This document shows, piece after piece, positions 10,540 through 20,697 of a stretch of 28,130 nucleotides of DNA (position 1 is the stretch's first letter; each line of letters begins with the position of its first letter). The stretch covers positions 611,921 through 640,050 of the forward strand of contig RHPI01000385.1 in assembly GCA_009103225.1 (NCBI GenBank), written 5' to 3'. Under the pieces are notes generated by a model. That model was not told where the DNA came from. It searched no databases and was given only the letters and a program-made list of their open reading frames with translations. The stretch is from Chlorokybus atmophyticus. Taxonomy: Eukaryota; Plantae; Mesostigma and Chlorokybus algae. Position numbers and translations under genes: made by a program.

Positions 10540-10913
10540 TGTTAAATGTTATAGCTTTTTGAAAGTACATGTATAGGCGGCGCCTACATGCAGTTGGTAC
10601 GATTAGCTTAACCTTTATAGTTACGGGAGTTACGAGAGTTACGGGAGTTACGGCAGTTATGGTCAACCATGGTCAACTTTGACTTTGACCGTTGACTTTG
10701 ACCATTGACTAGTGTTGACTTTTACTCAAGTTGACTAGGATTGACTAGTGCTTAGTAGCATAATATATAAGACACTGTATACTGCTTAATACAGTGGGTC
10801 AACAACACATTGTCTGTATAGTTGGCGTGCTTGCTGCACTTGTCCTTAGTGTGTGCACACTTGTATGTAAGAGGCAAATACACACACACTAGGCGCATCA
10901 CTAGTTCTCAACA
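10540..10913 (+). repeat. 5' LTR of A1 (374 bp)
   Basis: TGTT...CTCAACA, TATATAAG box, followed by the PBS. Confidence 0.95.
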
Positions 10914-10927
10914 GGTTATGGGCCCAC
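10914..10927 (+). promoter_or_regulatory. Primer-binding site (half tRNA-iMet type)
   Basis: GGTTATGGGCCCAC directly after the LTR; complementary to the anticodon arm of initiator tRNA-Met. Confidence 0.9.
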
Positions 10928-11035
10928 ACTCGCTTGTGTGATTGCTTGTGCTAGTGAGAGAAAGTGTTGAGCATAGGCGCCTACTGGTAGAGTGTTCTAG
11001 GGGAGAGGGTGAGTTGTACTATTGTGTAGCAAGCA

Positions 11036-11821
11036 ATGGCTGACACAAAAAGGATGCCCATCGAGTCCCTTGATCTGCACAACTACGCTTCATGATCGCT
11101 GAAGATGATGATGGTGCTGATCCGCAAGAAGCTCTGGAGTTTTGTCGATCCCACCTCCTCCACATAATTGCGGCCAAGAACAGGTAACACTGGTACCTGG
11201 ACAGAGAACTCACAATCAGCTTTTGCGCTGATAGGCTTGCACGTCAAAGACTTCCATCTCCCTCTTATTGCGGATTGCAAGACTGAACGTGAGGCGTGGG
11301 AAGTCTTCGACATCCTCTTCAAGGCCAACAGCAATTCGCGCAAGTTGCAGCTGAGACGCAAGCTGACACTTCTGAAGATGGAGAACAAAGAGCCAATCCA
11401 GAAGTACATCTCGCGTGCAAGGGAGCTTTGGCAATACCTTGCAGCAGTGGGCCACGATGTGAAGGAAGAGGAGGTGATGTGGGCAGTCTTAGCTGGCTTA
11501 GGAAAGAGCTTTGCTACGCTAGTGACTGTGTTGGAGTCCTCAGTTGTGGTTTTGAAGTTTGGTGATGTAGTGCCTAAGTTGCTAGCTGTGGAAGGCAAGT
11601 TGGATGTTCAGGAAATAGAGAATGGTGGAGAATATTTCGCATTTGCTGCCTCATCTTCTTACCAGATACGAAGCAAGAGCAAAGCAGGTGGTGGGAAGCC
11701 ATCATGCGACAAAGAGTGTCACTATTGCAAGATGAAGGGCCACTTCATTTGCGAGTGCCAGATGAGGATTCATGATGAGGCAACCAAGGAGGAGCACGCC
11801 ACGCTGGCGATTGCTTTCTAG
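11036..11821 (+). pseudogene. gag: Copia gag of A1 with CCHC zinc knuckle; TGG>TGA stop at codon 20
   Basis: LDLHNYAS*SLKM..KLW..RKLQLRRKL..LAGL; CHYCKMKGHFICEC. Confidence 0.9.
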
Positions 11822-12459
11822 CATTGGTGAGGACCTCAAGGAGTTGCAGTGGATGGTTTTCGTCCGTCCTCTCCCACTACAAGGGCGCGTGAAGGACATG
11901 CGTAGACGGAGGTCGCAGATACAAAGGTCTGTGAGAGTTACTGCTAGCCTATGAGTAGTTGCTGGTGTTGAGCTGCATACACTAGAGGTTGCATTGCTAT
12001 GGAGTTGTTTTGGGTAACACATAAGTGTGCGGTACTGGTTTAAACACTTCACTTGATTGGCATGCAAGGACTGAGTTGTATAGCTAGCTAACAAAAAATG
12101 GGAGGGGTGCTTCCCTTGGTAGAAGGGTCTGATAAACCCTTGCACGGCCTATACTCTGATACAGCATTGCTAAGGTAGAGAACTCAGTGTAGTTTATAGC
12201 ATAGTTTGCCATTGAGGGAGTCCTTGAAACCACCTGAGCAAGGTCAGGCGTGGCGTGGTGGAACCTGATGCGACAACTATAAGAAGGAAATAAGGAGTAT
12301 TGGAACCTTGTAGTCTTGCTGGCATCATGAGGAGAAAGATGGTATCATGGAGACAAGCATCAAGTCCGTGGGAGCAACAAATGCGTGGGAGTGTTCAATG
12401 GAGTAAGTTAATGCGGGTAAGCTTGCGAGAAGAACTTGGAGTTCAAGGTCAAGCTGCTA

Positions 12460-12468
12460 GCGTGGGAG
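12460..12468 (+). promoter_or_regulatory. Polypurine tract of A1
   Basis: GCGTGGGAG abutting the 3' LTR; the same motif abuts the B LTR. Confidence 0.75.
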
Positions 12469-12848
12469 TGTTAAATGTTATAGCTTGTTAAAAGTACATG
12501 TATAGGCGGCGCCTACATGTAGTTGGTACGATTAGCTTAACTTTTATAGTTACGGGAATAACGAGAGTTATGGGAGTTACGGCAGTTATGGTCAACCATG
12601 GTCAACTTTGACTTTGACCATTGACTTTGACCATTGATTAATGTTGACAAGTGTTGACTTTGACCAGAGTTGACTAGAGTTGACTAGTACTTAGTAGCAT
12701 AGTATATAAGACACTGTATACAGCTTAATACAGTGGGTCGCACATTGTCTCTATAGTTGGCATGCTTGCTGCACTTGTCCTTAATGTGTGCACACTTGTA
12801 TGTAAGAGGCAAATACACACACACTAGGCGCATCACTATTTCTCAACA
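12469..12848 (+). repeat. 3' LTR of A1 (380 bp)
   Basis: Homologous to 10540-10913; roughly 8-10% diverged by eye. Confidence 0.95.
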
Positions 12849-13289
12849 ATGTAGTCAAGTGCCACCGTGCACGCTGCCGCCGTTTCTGCACCCCATATGT
12901 GCAAGAAGTGAGTGCATGCACTCTCATCTTGGCACGGTCATAACTTTTGCAAATGATGTCCAACGGGGACGTTTAAGGTGGTAAAAGCAAGCAGCTCTCA
13001 GCGCTTAAGCCGAGGAGCGGTCTACATATGGAGAAAGTTTCGTCTGACCGGGGCCTCAATCGAAAGTCATGAGCCAAACAAGTTGCAACCATAGCTAACC
13101 GTGTTTAAATTGCACGTTCTTGGGCTGTACTTGAGCGTCAATGTGTCATAAACATGAACTTAAAGTTTCATTCCGTTTGAGGGTCATTTAAGATGTCGAA
13201 AGCAAGTACAGGCAATATATGCGCGCAAGTGTACAGCTACTAGGCTGTCACGACACAGCTATGGGGCTGCTGTGAGAGCTAATGGCCCC

Positions 13290-14807
13290 CACGCCCTGCA
13301 GGCTCACGGCAATAGGCATGCAGGTGCCCGGGCTTCCCACAGTTGTAGCAGGTGCGGACATCCCACTAGCCCCCAGTAGAAGCTGCATGAGATTGCATAG
13401 GAGCGGTCCGGTAACTGATCTGCCCCACCCGATACATAGGACCCAGAGTAGCGGGGGGGGTATTGGCCCCGTCCCTTGTTGGGATGGTATGCGGGCTTTG
13501 CCTTGGGCTTAGGCTGCGCCATAGCCACATCCCTCAACGCCTTCTTTAGGCGCTTTGCCTCATTATCATCCATGGCGAGGGGTTTGCGCACCAGCTCGTC
13601 TACAACCTTCCAATCATGCTTATTGGCCACTTCTAGGTTGTGGAATTGCTTACACACCTCATCCAATGCTGCGCATAGAGCACACATGAGCAACACGAGT
13701 TGCATGTTCCTACGGGCTTAAAGCCACCGGGTCTAGCGCCAAGAGCGCCCCCAATCCATTCCCGTACCTATCATATGCATTTGCGCGTGCAAATGCAGAT
13801 GTTGTGCCCTGTTGTGCTCGTTCCCTTGCTGTGGGGTAGTCATAATGTGAATATAGAGGTGAACATACAATGGTGTTAAGTGCGGGCCCCTCCCCCCCCT
13901 TTGGACATGGGGGGAGGAGGGATGCGCAACACATGTAGCTAATTTAATAAGTGTGTAGCTATATGGGCTGGCGCCTTCATAAGGCCCATGATGCACGCAT
14001 GTGCAAGCGTGCGTGGGCGAAGTCCGCACCCACATGATCATGTGCCTACATGCGCATGCGTATGGCGGTGCTCAATATCAATGAGCCCACCTTTCATATT
14101 CTCCTTTCGGCCTTTGGCGAAGTGGGTGTCCTCGGCAAGGTGCGTGGGCACTCGGGCGAAGGAGGATGCGCCGAGCCGAGATAAGCCGCCACCTCGAGGT
14201 GTTGCCGAGCCCGCTTCCTCAAGTTCTCCTTTTAAGGGGTAACGGGTTCGCTGAAACGGGTGGCCATGGCTCCCACTCGAGCATTGGGGTCGGTGGAGTC
14301 GCCGTTGTCGCGACGAAGGATGCTCACAAGTACGGGGTGGTTGGGCTCGTCACCGGGCTCATCACAAGGGATGGCGGGCGTCTTCCCATGCTTTTAACGA
14401 ATGTTCTCCGCCTCCAACCTCCTTGCCATGTCCTCCACGGACATCATGGACGGGGTGGTAGAGCGACTTGGACTTGGAGCCCGCTTTGGGCGCTTTGGGC
14501 GAAAGTCCTCCTCCGACTCCTTAGCGGACTCCTCATCCTCGCTTCCACCGCCGCCCTCCTTATTCACCTCCTCTTTTCTCCCACCGCCGGCGGAGCGCAC
14601 CTCTCCCTCCTCTCTCTCCTTCCTTCCCTCCTCCACCTCGCGACGCGGACTCTTATGCCGCGACAAGCGATTAGCGGCTAGCAACGCCGCCGCGGCCGTG
14701 GCCGCCACCTCCTCTCCATCAACGTGGGCACTCGCTTGTGACCGTGTCACTAAAGTGGAGGGTCGCCTCCGTCCACACTTTCTCACCATACTCGCTACCC
14801 ACGCCAA
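13290..14807 (-). pseudogene. gag/ORF1 of DIRS 2 with CCHC zinc knuckle (13309-13350)
   Basis: NKHDWKVVDELVRKPLAMDDNEAKRLKKA resembles the conserved DIRS1-like ORF1 motif; manual translation gives TCYNCGKPGHLHAYC; charged low-complexity N-terminus. The middle is broken (possible intron about 13850-14060, unverified). Confidence 0.7.
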
Positions 14808-14989
14808 GGATGGCGCCGCCGTGCTAGGGTTTTAAGCGACTAGATAAGGAGCTTGCGACTCACAACTCACTCTAGTGAGTGCTTGTGCCCCCATGTGCCT
14901 AGGGCACTAGGGACACATGAGTCTCATAACTCATTAACTCATTAACGATTTTATGAGTTCATGGGCGCGCACTTCATGCGCTTCATGCA

Positions 14990-15442
14990 CTTTCAAGAAT
15001 GGAGCACAAGAAGCCAGTCCAGACGTACATCTCGCATGCAAGGGAGCCTTGGTAAGACCTTGCAGCAGTGGGCCACGATGTGAAGGAAGAGGAGGTGATG
15101 TGGGCAGTCTTGGCTGGCTTAGGAAAGAGCTTTGCTACGCTAGTGACTGTGTTGGAGTCCTCAGATGTGGTGTTGAAGTTTGCTGATGTAGTGCCTAAGC
15201 TGCTAGCTGTGGAAGGCAAGTTGGATGTTTAGGAGATAGAGAATGGAGGAGAACCTACTGCACTTTCGGCCTCATCTTCTCAAAACACACGAAGCAGGAG
15301 CAAAGCAGGTGGTGGGAAGCCATCACGTGACAAAGAGTGTCACTACTGCAAGATGAAGGGCCACTTCATTTGCGAGTGCCAGAAGAGGATCCACGATGAG
15401 GCAACCAAGGAGGAGCACGCCACGATGGCGATTGCTTTCTAG
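14990..15442 (+). pseudogene. gag: gag 3' fragment of A2, premature TAG at 15230-15232
   Basis: Homologous to the A1 and A3 gag; knuckle CHYCKMKGHFICEC follows the stop. Confidence 0.88.
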
Positions 15443-15958
15443 CATTGGTGAGGACCTCAAGGAGTTGCAGTGGATGGTGTTCGTCCGTCCTCTCCCACTG
15501 CAAGGGCACGTGAAGGACATGCGTAGACGGAGATCGCAGACACAAAGGTCTGTGAGAGTTACTACTAGCCTATGAGTAGTTGCTGGTGTTGAGCTGCATA
15601 TACTAGAGGTTGCATTGCTGTGGAGTTGTTTTTTGGTAGCACACAGGTGTGTGGTACTGGTTATAACACTTCAATCGATTGGCATGCAAGGACTGAGTTG
15701 TATAGCTAGCTAACAAAAAATGGGAGGGGTGCTTTCCTTGGTAGAGGGGTCTGATCAACCCTTGCACGGCCTACACTCTGGTACAGCATTGCTAAGGTAG
15801 AGAACTCAATGTAGTTTATAGCATAGGTTGCCATTAAGGGAGTCTTCGAAACCACCTAAGCAAGGTCAGGCGTGGCGTGGTGGAACCTGATGCGACAACT
15901 ATTAGGAGGAAACAAGGAGTATTGGAACCTTGTAGTTCTGCTGGTAGCACGAGGAGAA

Positions 15959-16349
15959 TGTTGAGAGATTGCACAGTAGCAAGCTAAGCACACAATGCAC
16001 AAAGTGTGGCGCCAAAAAACAGAGCAAAGTGGATCTACTGTAATAAGCAACACACAGTGGCTTATATAGTACACTAGTCAACTATAAGTGGTACTAATCA
16101 AAGTCAACACTTATATAGTACACACTGGTCAAAGTCAAAGCGTGACTTCTGCAACGGCAGTTGACCGTAACTCCCGTAACCTCCATAACTCCCGTAACTC
16201 CTATAACCTCCATAACCACTAGTCAAGTCAAAAGGTTGACCAGAGTTGACTTGTAACGACTGTAACCGCCGTTTGACCATAACTGCTAAAAGATAAGTTG
16301 ATCGTAGAAAAGTGACACGAAGATAATGGCTGACTCCATTCCTTCAACA
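15959..16349 (-). repeat. B LTR 1 (3' LTR, 391 bp)
   Basis: TGTTGAAGG...CTCTCAACA on -; preceded on - by the PPT GCGTGGGAG (16350-16358). Confidence 0.96.
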
Positions 16350-16365
16350 CTCCCACGCGAGCAAC

Positions 16366-19300
16366 TTAACCTTGTACTCCAAGTCCAATGCAACAGGTTT
16401 TAAACTTGGTGGGTGGAAGTGGCTTGGTCATGCAGTCAGCTAGCATGTCCTCTGTACTGCAATACTTGAACTCCACTTCACCACGTGCAACTGTCTCTCT
16501 CACCATGTGGTGCACAATGTCAATATGCTTTGTCCTGGTGGATGTGATGGGGTGCATACTCAACTTGATTGCGCCCTGGTTGTCACAAAGGATTGTGACA
16601 CAGCTCAGTGCATGTCCTAAGTCAATATTAAGCTTGCGAAGCCACAATGCTTCCTTTACTGCAGATGAAGCCGCCATGTACTCAGCCTCAGTGGTTGATG
16701 CAGCAACGGTAGGCTGTAGTCGGCTATTCCAGCTGACGACGCCTCCTCCCATCAGGAAAGTGTATCCTGTGGTAGACGTCCTTATGTCGAGGTCCCCCGC
16801 ATAGTCCGCATCACAATAACCCTGTAATGCAATGTATGTTGTCCTCCCAAATGTGATACCCACGTTCAAGGTGCTGCCAAGGTAGCGAAGAACTCCTTTT
16901 GCCGCCCTCCAGTGCTCCATGATTGGTGCTGACATGTGTCTCGCCAAGACTCCCACGGCTTGTGCGATGTCAGGCCTCGTGCTGATGGACAAGTAGATGA
17001 GGCTCCCAACTAGCTCACCATATGGATATGTAGCCTTGTCAAGCACAGTGGTAGTGTCATGTGCCTTGAGTAGATGTACTCCCACGCTCAGTGGTGTTGC
17101 CTTGCCCTTGGCGTCTTGCAACTTGAACTTCTTGAGTACATCCAGGACCATTTGTTTATGGGTGATCTTGATTGTCCTTGCAACTCTGTCTCTGGTGATG
17201 ACAATGCCGAGAAACAAGCGTGCATCGCCAAGATCTCGAGTCTCAAAAGCAGATTGCAGTGTCACCTTGATGTGTGACATCGCTGCAGTGTCGTTTGATG
17301 CCAAGATGATGTCGTCCACGTACACCAGCAACCACACTTGGCCGTCTTCACTGATGAAGAGCCCGGGATCTGATGATGACTGCTGAACGCCCATCTTCTC
17401 TAGCTCCTTGCTGAGCCGAATGTGCCAGACTCTTGGCGCTTGCTTAAGCCCATAAAGAGCCTTATGTAGCAAGCAAGCCTTTCCTGAGCCTCCCTCCTCG
17501 TAACCTTGAGGTTGCTGCACGTAGATCTGCTCATCCAACTCTCCATAGAGAAAAGCAGTCTTCACGTCCAAGTGGTGCAGCTCCAAATCCTCTACAGCAA
17601 CCTTTGCAAGTAGCGCCCTGAAGGTTGTGTGCTTACTGGCAGGTGCAAACACCTCCTTGTAGTCAACGCCCTCCTCATGTATGAAGCCCTTTGCCACAAG
17701 TCGCGCCTTGTAACGCTCAATGTTGCCCTTGCCGTCACGCTTGATCTTGTACACCCACTTGACAGGTATAGGCTTGACGCCTTGTGGAACCTGCTCAAGT
17801 ACCCAAGTCTTGTTGGCGTGTAGCGAAGCAATCTCCTCATCCATGGCCTTGCGCCACAACTCAGCATCTGCAGCTGTGTTGGCCTCATGGTAGGTGCTTG
17901 GCTCCTTCTCCTCAGTGGTTTCAGCGCTCATGGCCTGGAACCTTTGGTAAAATTGAGGTGGCGCTCTGATTCTCACAGGGTAGCGCCTCTCCTGCTCATC
18001 CACAGGTGCAATCTCGTCCTCCTCAAGGTGTGGCGCACCATTAGGAACCTCCTCGTTGGCAGATGGTGTGGTGATGACCTCAGGCTCCTCAGCAAGGTCA
18101 TTGTTCACAGGCGTAGAAGGTGTTGTTGGTAAAGTCGCCACCATCTTCTCGTCGAAGACAACATCCCTTCGAACCACAATCTTCTTGCTGTCCTCAAGCA
18201 AGATCCTGTACGCCTTGGAGTTTGGCTCGTACCCGACAAAGACGCCCATCTCCCTCACGTTCTCAAGCTTCCTTCTTAGCTGCTTGGGGATGTGTGGATA
18301 CGCCCTGGCTCCAAACACACGCATGTGCGTCACATCAGGCTTCGCACCGTAGAACAACTCCCACGGGGTCTTGGCTTTGTTGCTCGTAGGTGACCTATTG
18401 CGGATGTAATTGGCCGTGACAAACGCCTCAGCCCACAAAGCTTTGTCCAGCTTTGTATCTGTAAGCATGGCACGCACGCGCTCCACAAGCGTGCGGTTGA
18501 GACGCTCCGCAGCACCGTTTTGCTCAGGGGTGTAGGGTGCAGTAGTCTCATGCTTGATGCCGTGCTCATCCAAGTAGCTCTTCAAGGTGTGGTTGAGATA
18601 CTCAGAGCCTCGATCACTTCTCAACGCCAACACCTATGTCTTTGCTTGTGTAGCCAGCTGAGTGAGTGTCCTCTTGACTACAGCAGCAACATCCGACTTC
18701 GCAGCAACTGGAATAATAGCAGACAGCTTGCTGAAGTCATCTATGAAAATGGCAACGTACCAACTCCCTCCAGTGGACGCAACTGGCATGGGACCGCACA
18801 CATCCATGTGCACGAGCTGCAAGGGTGCTGTACTGGTGCGAGAAGAGGTAGGAAAAGGCTGCCTAGGCATCTTGCTTAGCAGCACGTTTCGCATAGATCA
18901 CCATTTACTGCCTTGATGTCCTCCGCTTTGATGTTGATCCCTTCCACCATGTCCTCAGCCACCAGTCTTGCCAGGTTGTCCCATCCAAGATGTCCAAGTC
19001 TTCGGTGCCAAAGATGAGCTTTGTCCGATGCAGTGACTGTCGCAGACAACGCATGCTGCCGAACCAGTGTGATGCAGTACAAGCTCTCTTGCAATGTGCC
19101 CTCCACAACAACAATGTTGTTCACCTTGACTTGACACTTCTGAGCAGTGAAGTCAAGTTTGGCGCCTGCGCTTGTAGCTCTTCGAACGGAGAACAGGCTG
19201 GAAGCTAATCCTGGCACATGGATCACCTCCTTCAGGGCCACTTCGTGTGTAGCGCCCGCCACCACAGTGTGTAGGATGACGGTGCCCACTCCCACAGCTT

Positions 19301-20213
19301 GCAAGTGCAGCTTGTTGCCAAAGCTCACTTTCACACCAGCAGCATTGCTCAGAGCATGATATTCCTGGAATCCATGTCTGTGTGGGGTCATATGCTGTGT
19401 GCACGCAGAATCGAACAACCAAGCGCTTTCGATAGCAGTGGTGCTAGCAGCAAGTGCTACAGCTTGTCTATCAGAACCTTGTTTCTGTTGCTGATCGCGC
19501 TTCAACTTTCGACAGTCCTTCTTTAGGTGTCCCTTCTTGTTGCAGTAGTGGCAGGTACGCGTCTCCTTCTTCCCACCACCGTTGTTGTTGTTGGGGCGTG
19601 GATTGGATTGTGCCGCGAATGCCACAGCTTCAGCCTCGTCCTGGCGTGAAGTGGATGCTCGTTGCTCGACTTGAAGTAGGCGTGGGGTGATGGTCTCAAG
19701 GGTGAGCTCCTCACTGGTTGACTCCATGATGGTGACAGTCATCTCGAACTCCTTGGGCAAGCCAGCAAGGATGACCCAGACCACCTCCACCTCCTTCACT
19801 TCATGTCCAATGGCAAGCAAGTCGTCCCACAGCTGCCTGGCTCGTGAGATGAACTTGATGACAGGTTCAGCAACATCCTTCCTCAAAGCATTCAACTGCT
19901 TCCTCAGCTGCAACTTCCTAGCATTGTTCTTAGCCTTGTAAACCTCAGCAAACTTCTGCCACAACTCTCTAGCAGACTTGCAACGTGCAACAAGCGCTAA
20001 GTGATGCTGTACTACATTCAATCCTATCAAAGCAAGTGCCTGATTTGACCTTCTTTTTGTGGGTGCGTCCTCCATGTCGAGAGGGCGCTCTGTGGGATCC
20101 ACCACTGACCATAGATCCTTGTGCATGAGTAGCATCTGCATCCGGATGCTCCATGTCCCATAGTTGTCGAGGTCCAGTGGCTCAATGTTCACCTTGTCAT
20201 AGCTGGTCGCCAT
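16366..20213 (-). pseudogene. Ty1/copia gag-pol polyprotein of B (gag, PR, IN, RT, RH), near-intact: one frameshift near 18885 and one TAG at 18634-18636
   Basis: CHYCNKKGHLKKDC; WLFDSACTQHM; HLWHRRLGH..CETC; HMDVCG..FIDD..SDRGSEY..NGAAERLN; KARLVAKG, LDVKTAFL, LYGLKQAP, YVDD; YCDADYAGD, CDNQGA, KHIDI. IN precedes RT, which is copia order. Confidence 0.97.
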
Positions 20214-20297
20214 GCTTCCCTTGCTAGGTTGCAATGAAGACGGCGCCTCCCCAAGCTAATCACCAACTTGTTATCCTATTGTGTAGCTAGTGCTAGT

Positions 20298-20311
20298 GTG
20301 GGCCCATAACC
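20298..20311 (-). promoter_or_regulatory. PBS of full-length B (half tRNA-iMet)
   Basis: GGTTATGGGCCCAC on -, adjacent to LTR 2. Confidence 0.9.
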
Positions 20312-20697
20312 TGTTGAGAGATTGCACAGTAGCAAGCTAAGCACACAATGCACAAAGTGTGGCGCCAAGAAACAGAGCAAAGTGGATCTATTGTAATAAG
20401 CAACACACAGTGGCTTATATAGTACACTAGTCAACTATAAGTGGTACTAATCAAAGTCAACACTAGTACACACTGGTCAAAGTCAAAGCGTGACTTCTGC
20501 AACGGCAGTTGACCGTAACTCCCGTAACCTCCATAACTCCCGTAACTCCTATAACCTCCATAACCACTAGTCAAGTCAAAAGGTTGACCAGAGTTGATTT
20601 GTAACGACTGTAACCGCCGTTTGACCGTAACTGCTAAAAGATAAGTTGATCGTAGAAAAGTGACACGAAGATAATGGCTGACTCCATTCCTTCAACA
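20312..20697 (-). repeat. B LTR 2 (shared middle LTR, 386 bp)
   Basis: PBS on one side; PPT and pol end of the next copy on the other. Confidence 0.96.

Larger units (their letters stand above)
10540..12848 (+). mobile_element. Copia family A copy 1: complete LTR-gag-LTR non-autonomous element, 2309 bp
   Basis: Two LTRs, PBS, gag and PPT with no pol; flanks GTGTA (10535-10539) and ATGTA (12849-12853) form a TSD with one mismatch. Confidence 0.92.
8303..14830 (-). mobile_element. DIRS-order retrotransposon 2 (gag-RT-RH-MT-YR all co-oriented), decayed, split by copia A1 and 3'-truncated
   Basis: gag-like region 13290-14807 and RT/RH/MT/YR 8303-10539 lie on the same strand in canonical order once 10540-12848 is removed. 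Linking the two halves is an inference. Confidence 0.75.

Noticed and set aside
11009-11030. GTGAGT...GTGTAG mini-intron before the A gag ATG
   Set aside because: About 21 nt, too short for a spliceosomal intron.
11819-11830. gag stop TAG-CAT-TGG as a leaky read-through signal
   Set aside because: It does not fit the TAG-CAR-YYA consensus, a TGA follows two codons later, and there is no downstream pol.
8038-14884. 13-bp direct repeat CTAGTGAGTGCTT at 8038-8050 and 14872-14884, bracketing DIRS 2
   Set aside because: No similarity extends beyond 13 bp, and several such pairs are expected by chance in 28 kb. DIRS elements do not make long TSDs.
18876-18894. Programmed gag/pol frameshift in B
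   Set aside because: The shift lies inside the integrase zinc finger, well past the protease, with no slippery site. It is a mutation or a sequencing error.
16388-18916. Antisense ORFs over B pol (e.g. 16388-16804, 16997-17386) and similar ones over the DIRS and gypsy pol
   Set aside because: Shadow frames of real coding sequence with no independent motifs. No env-like or extra ORF was found in any element.
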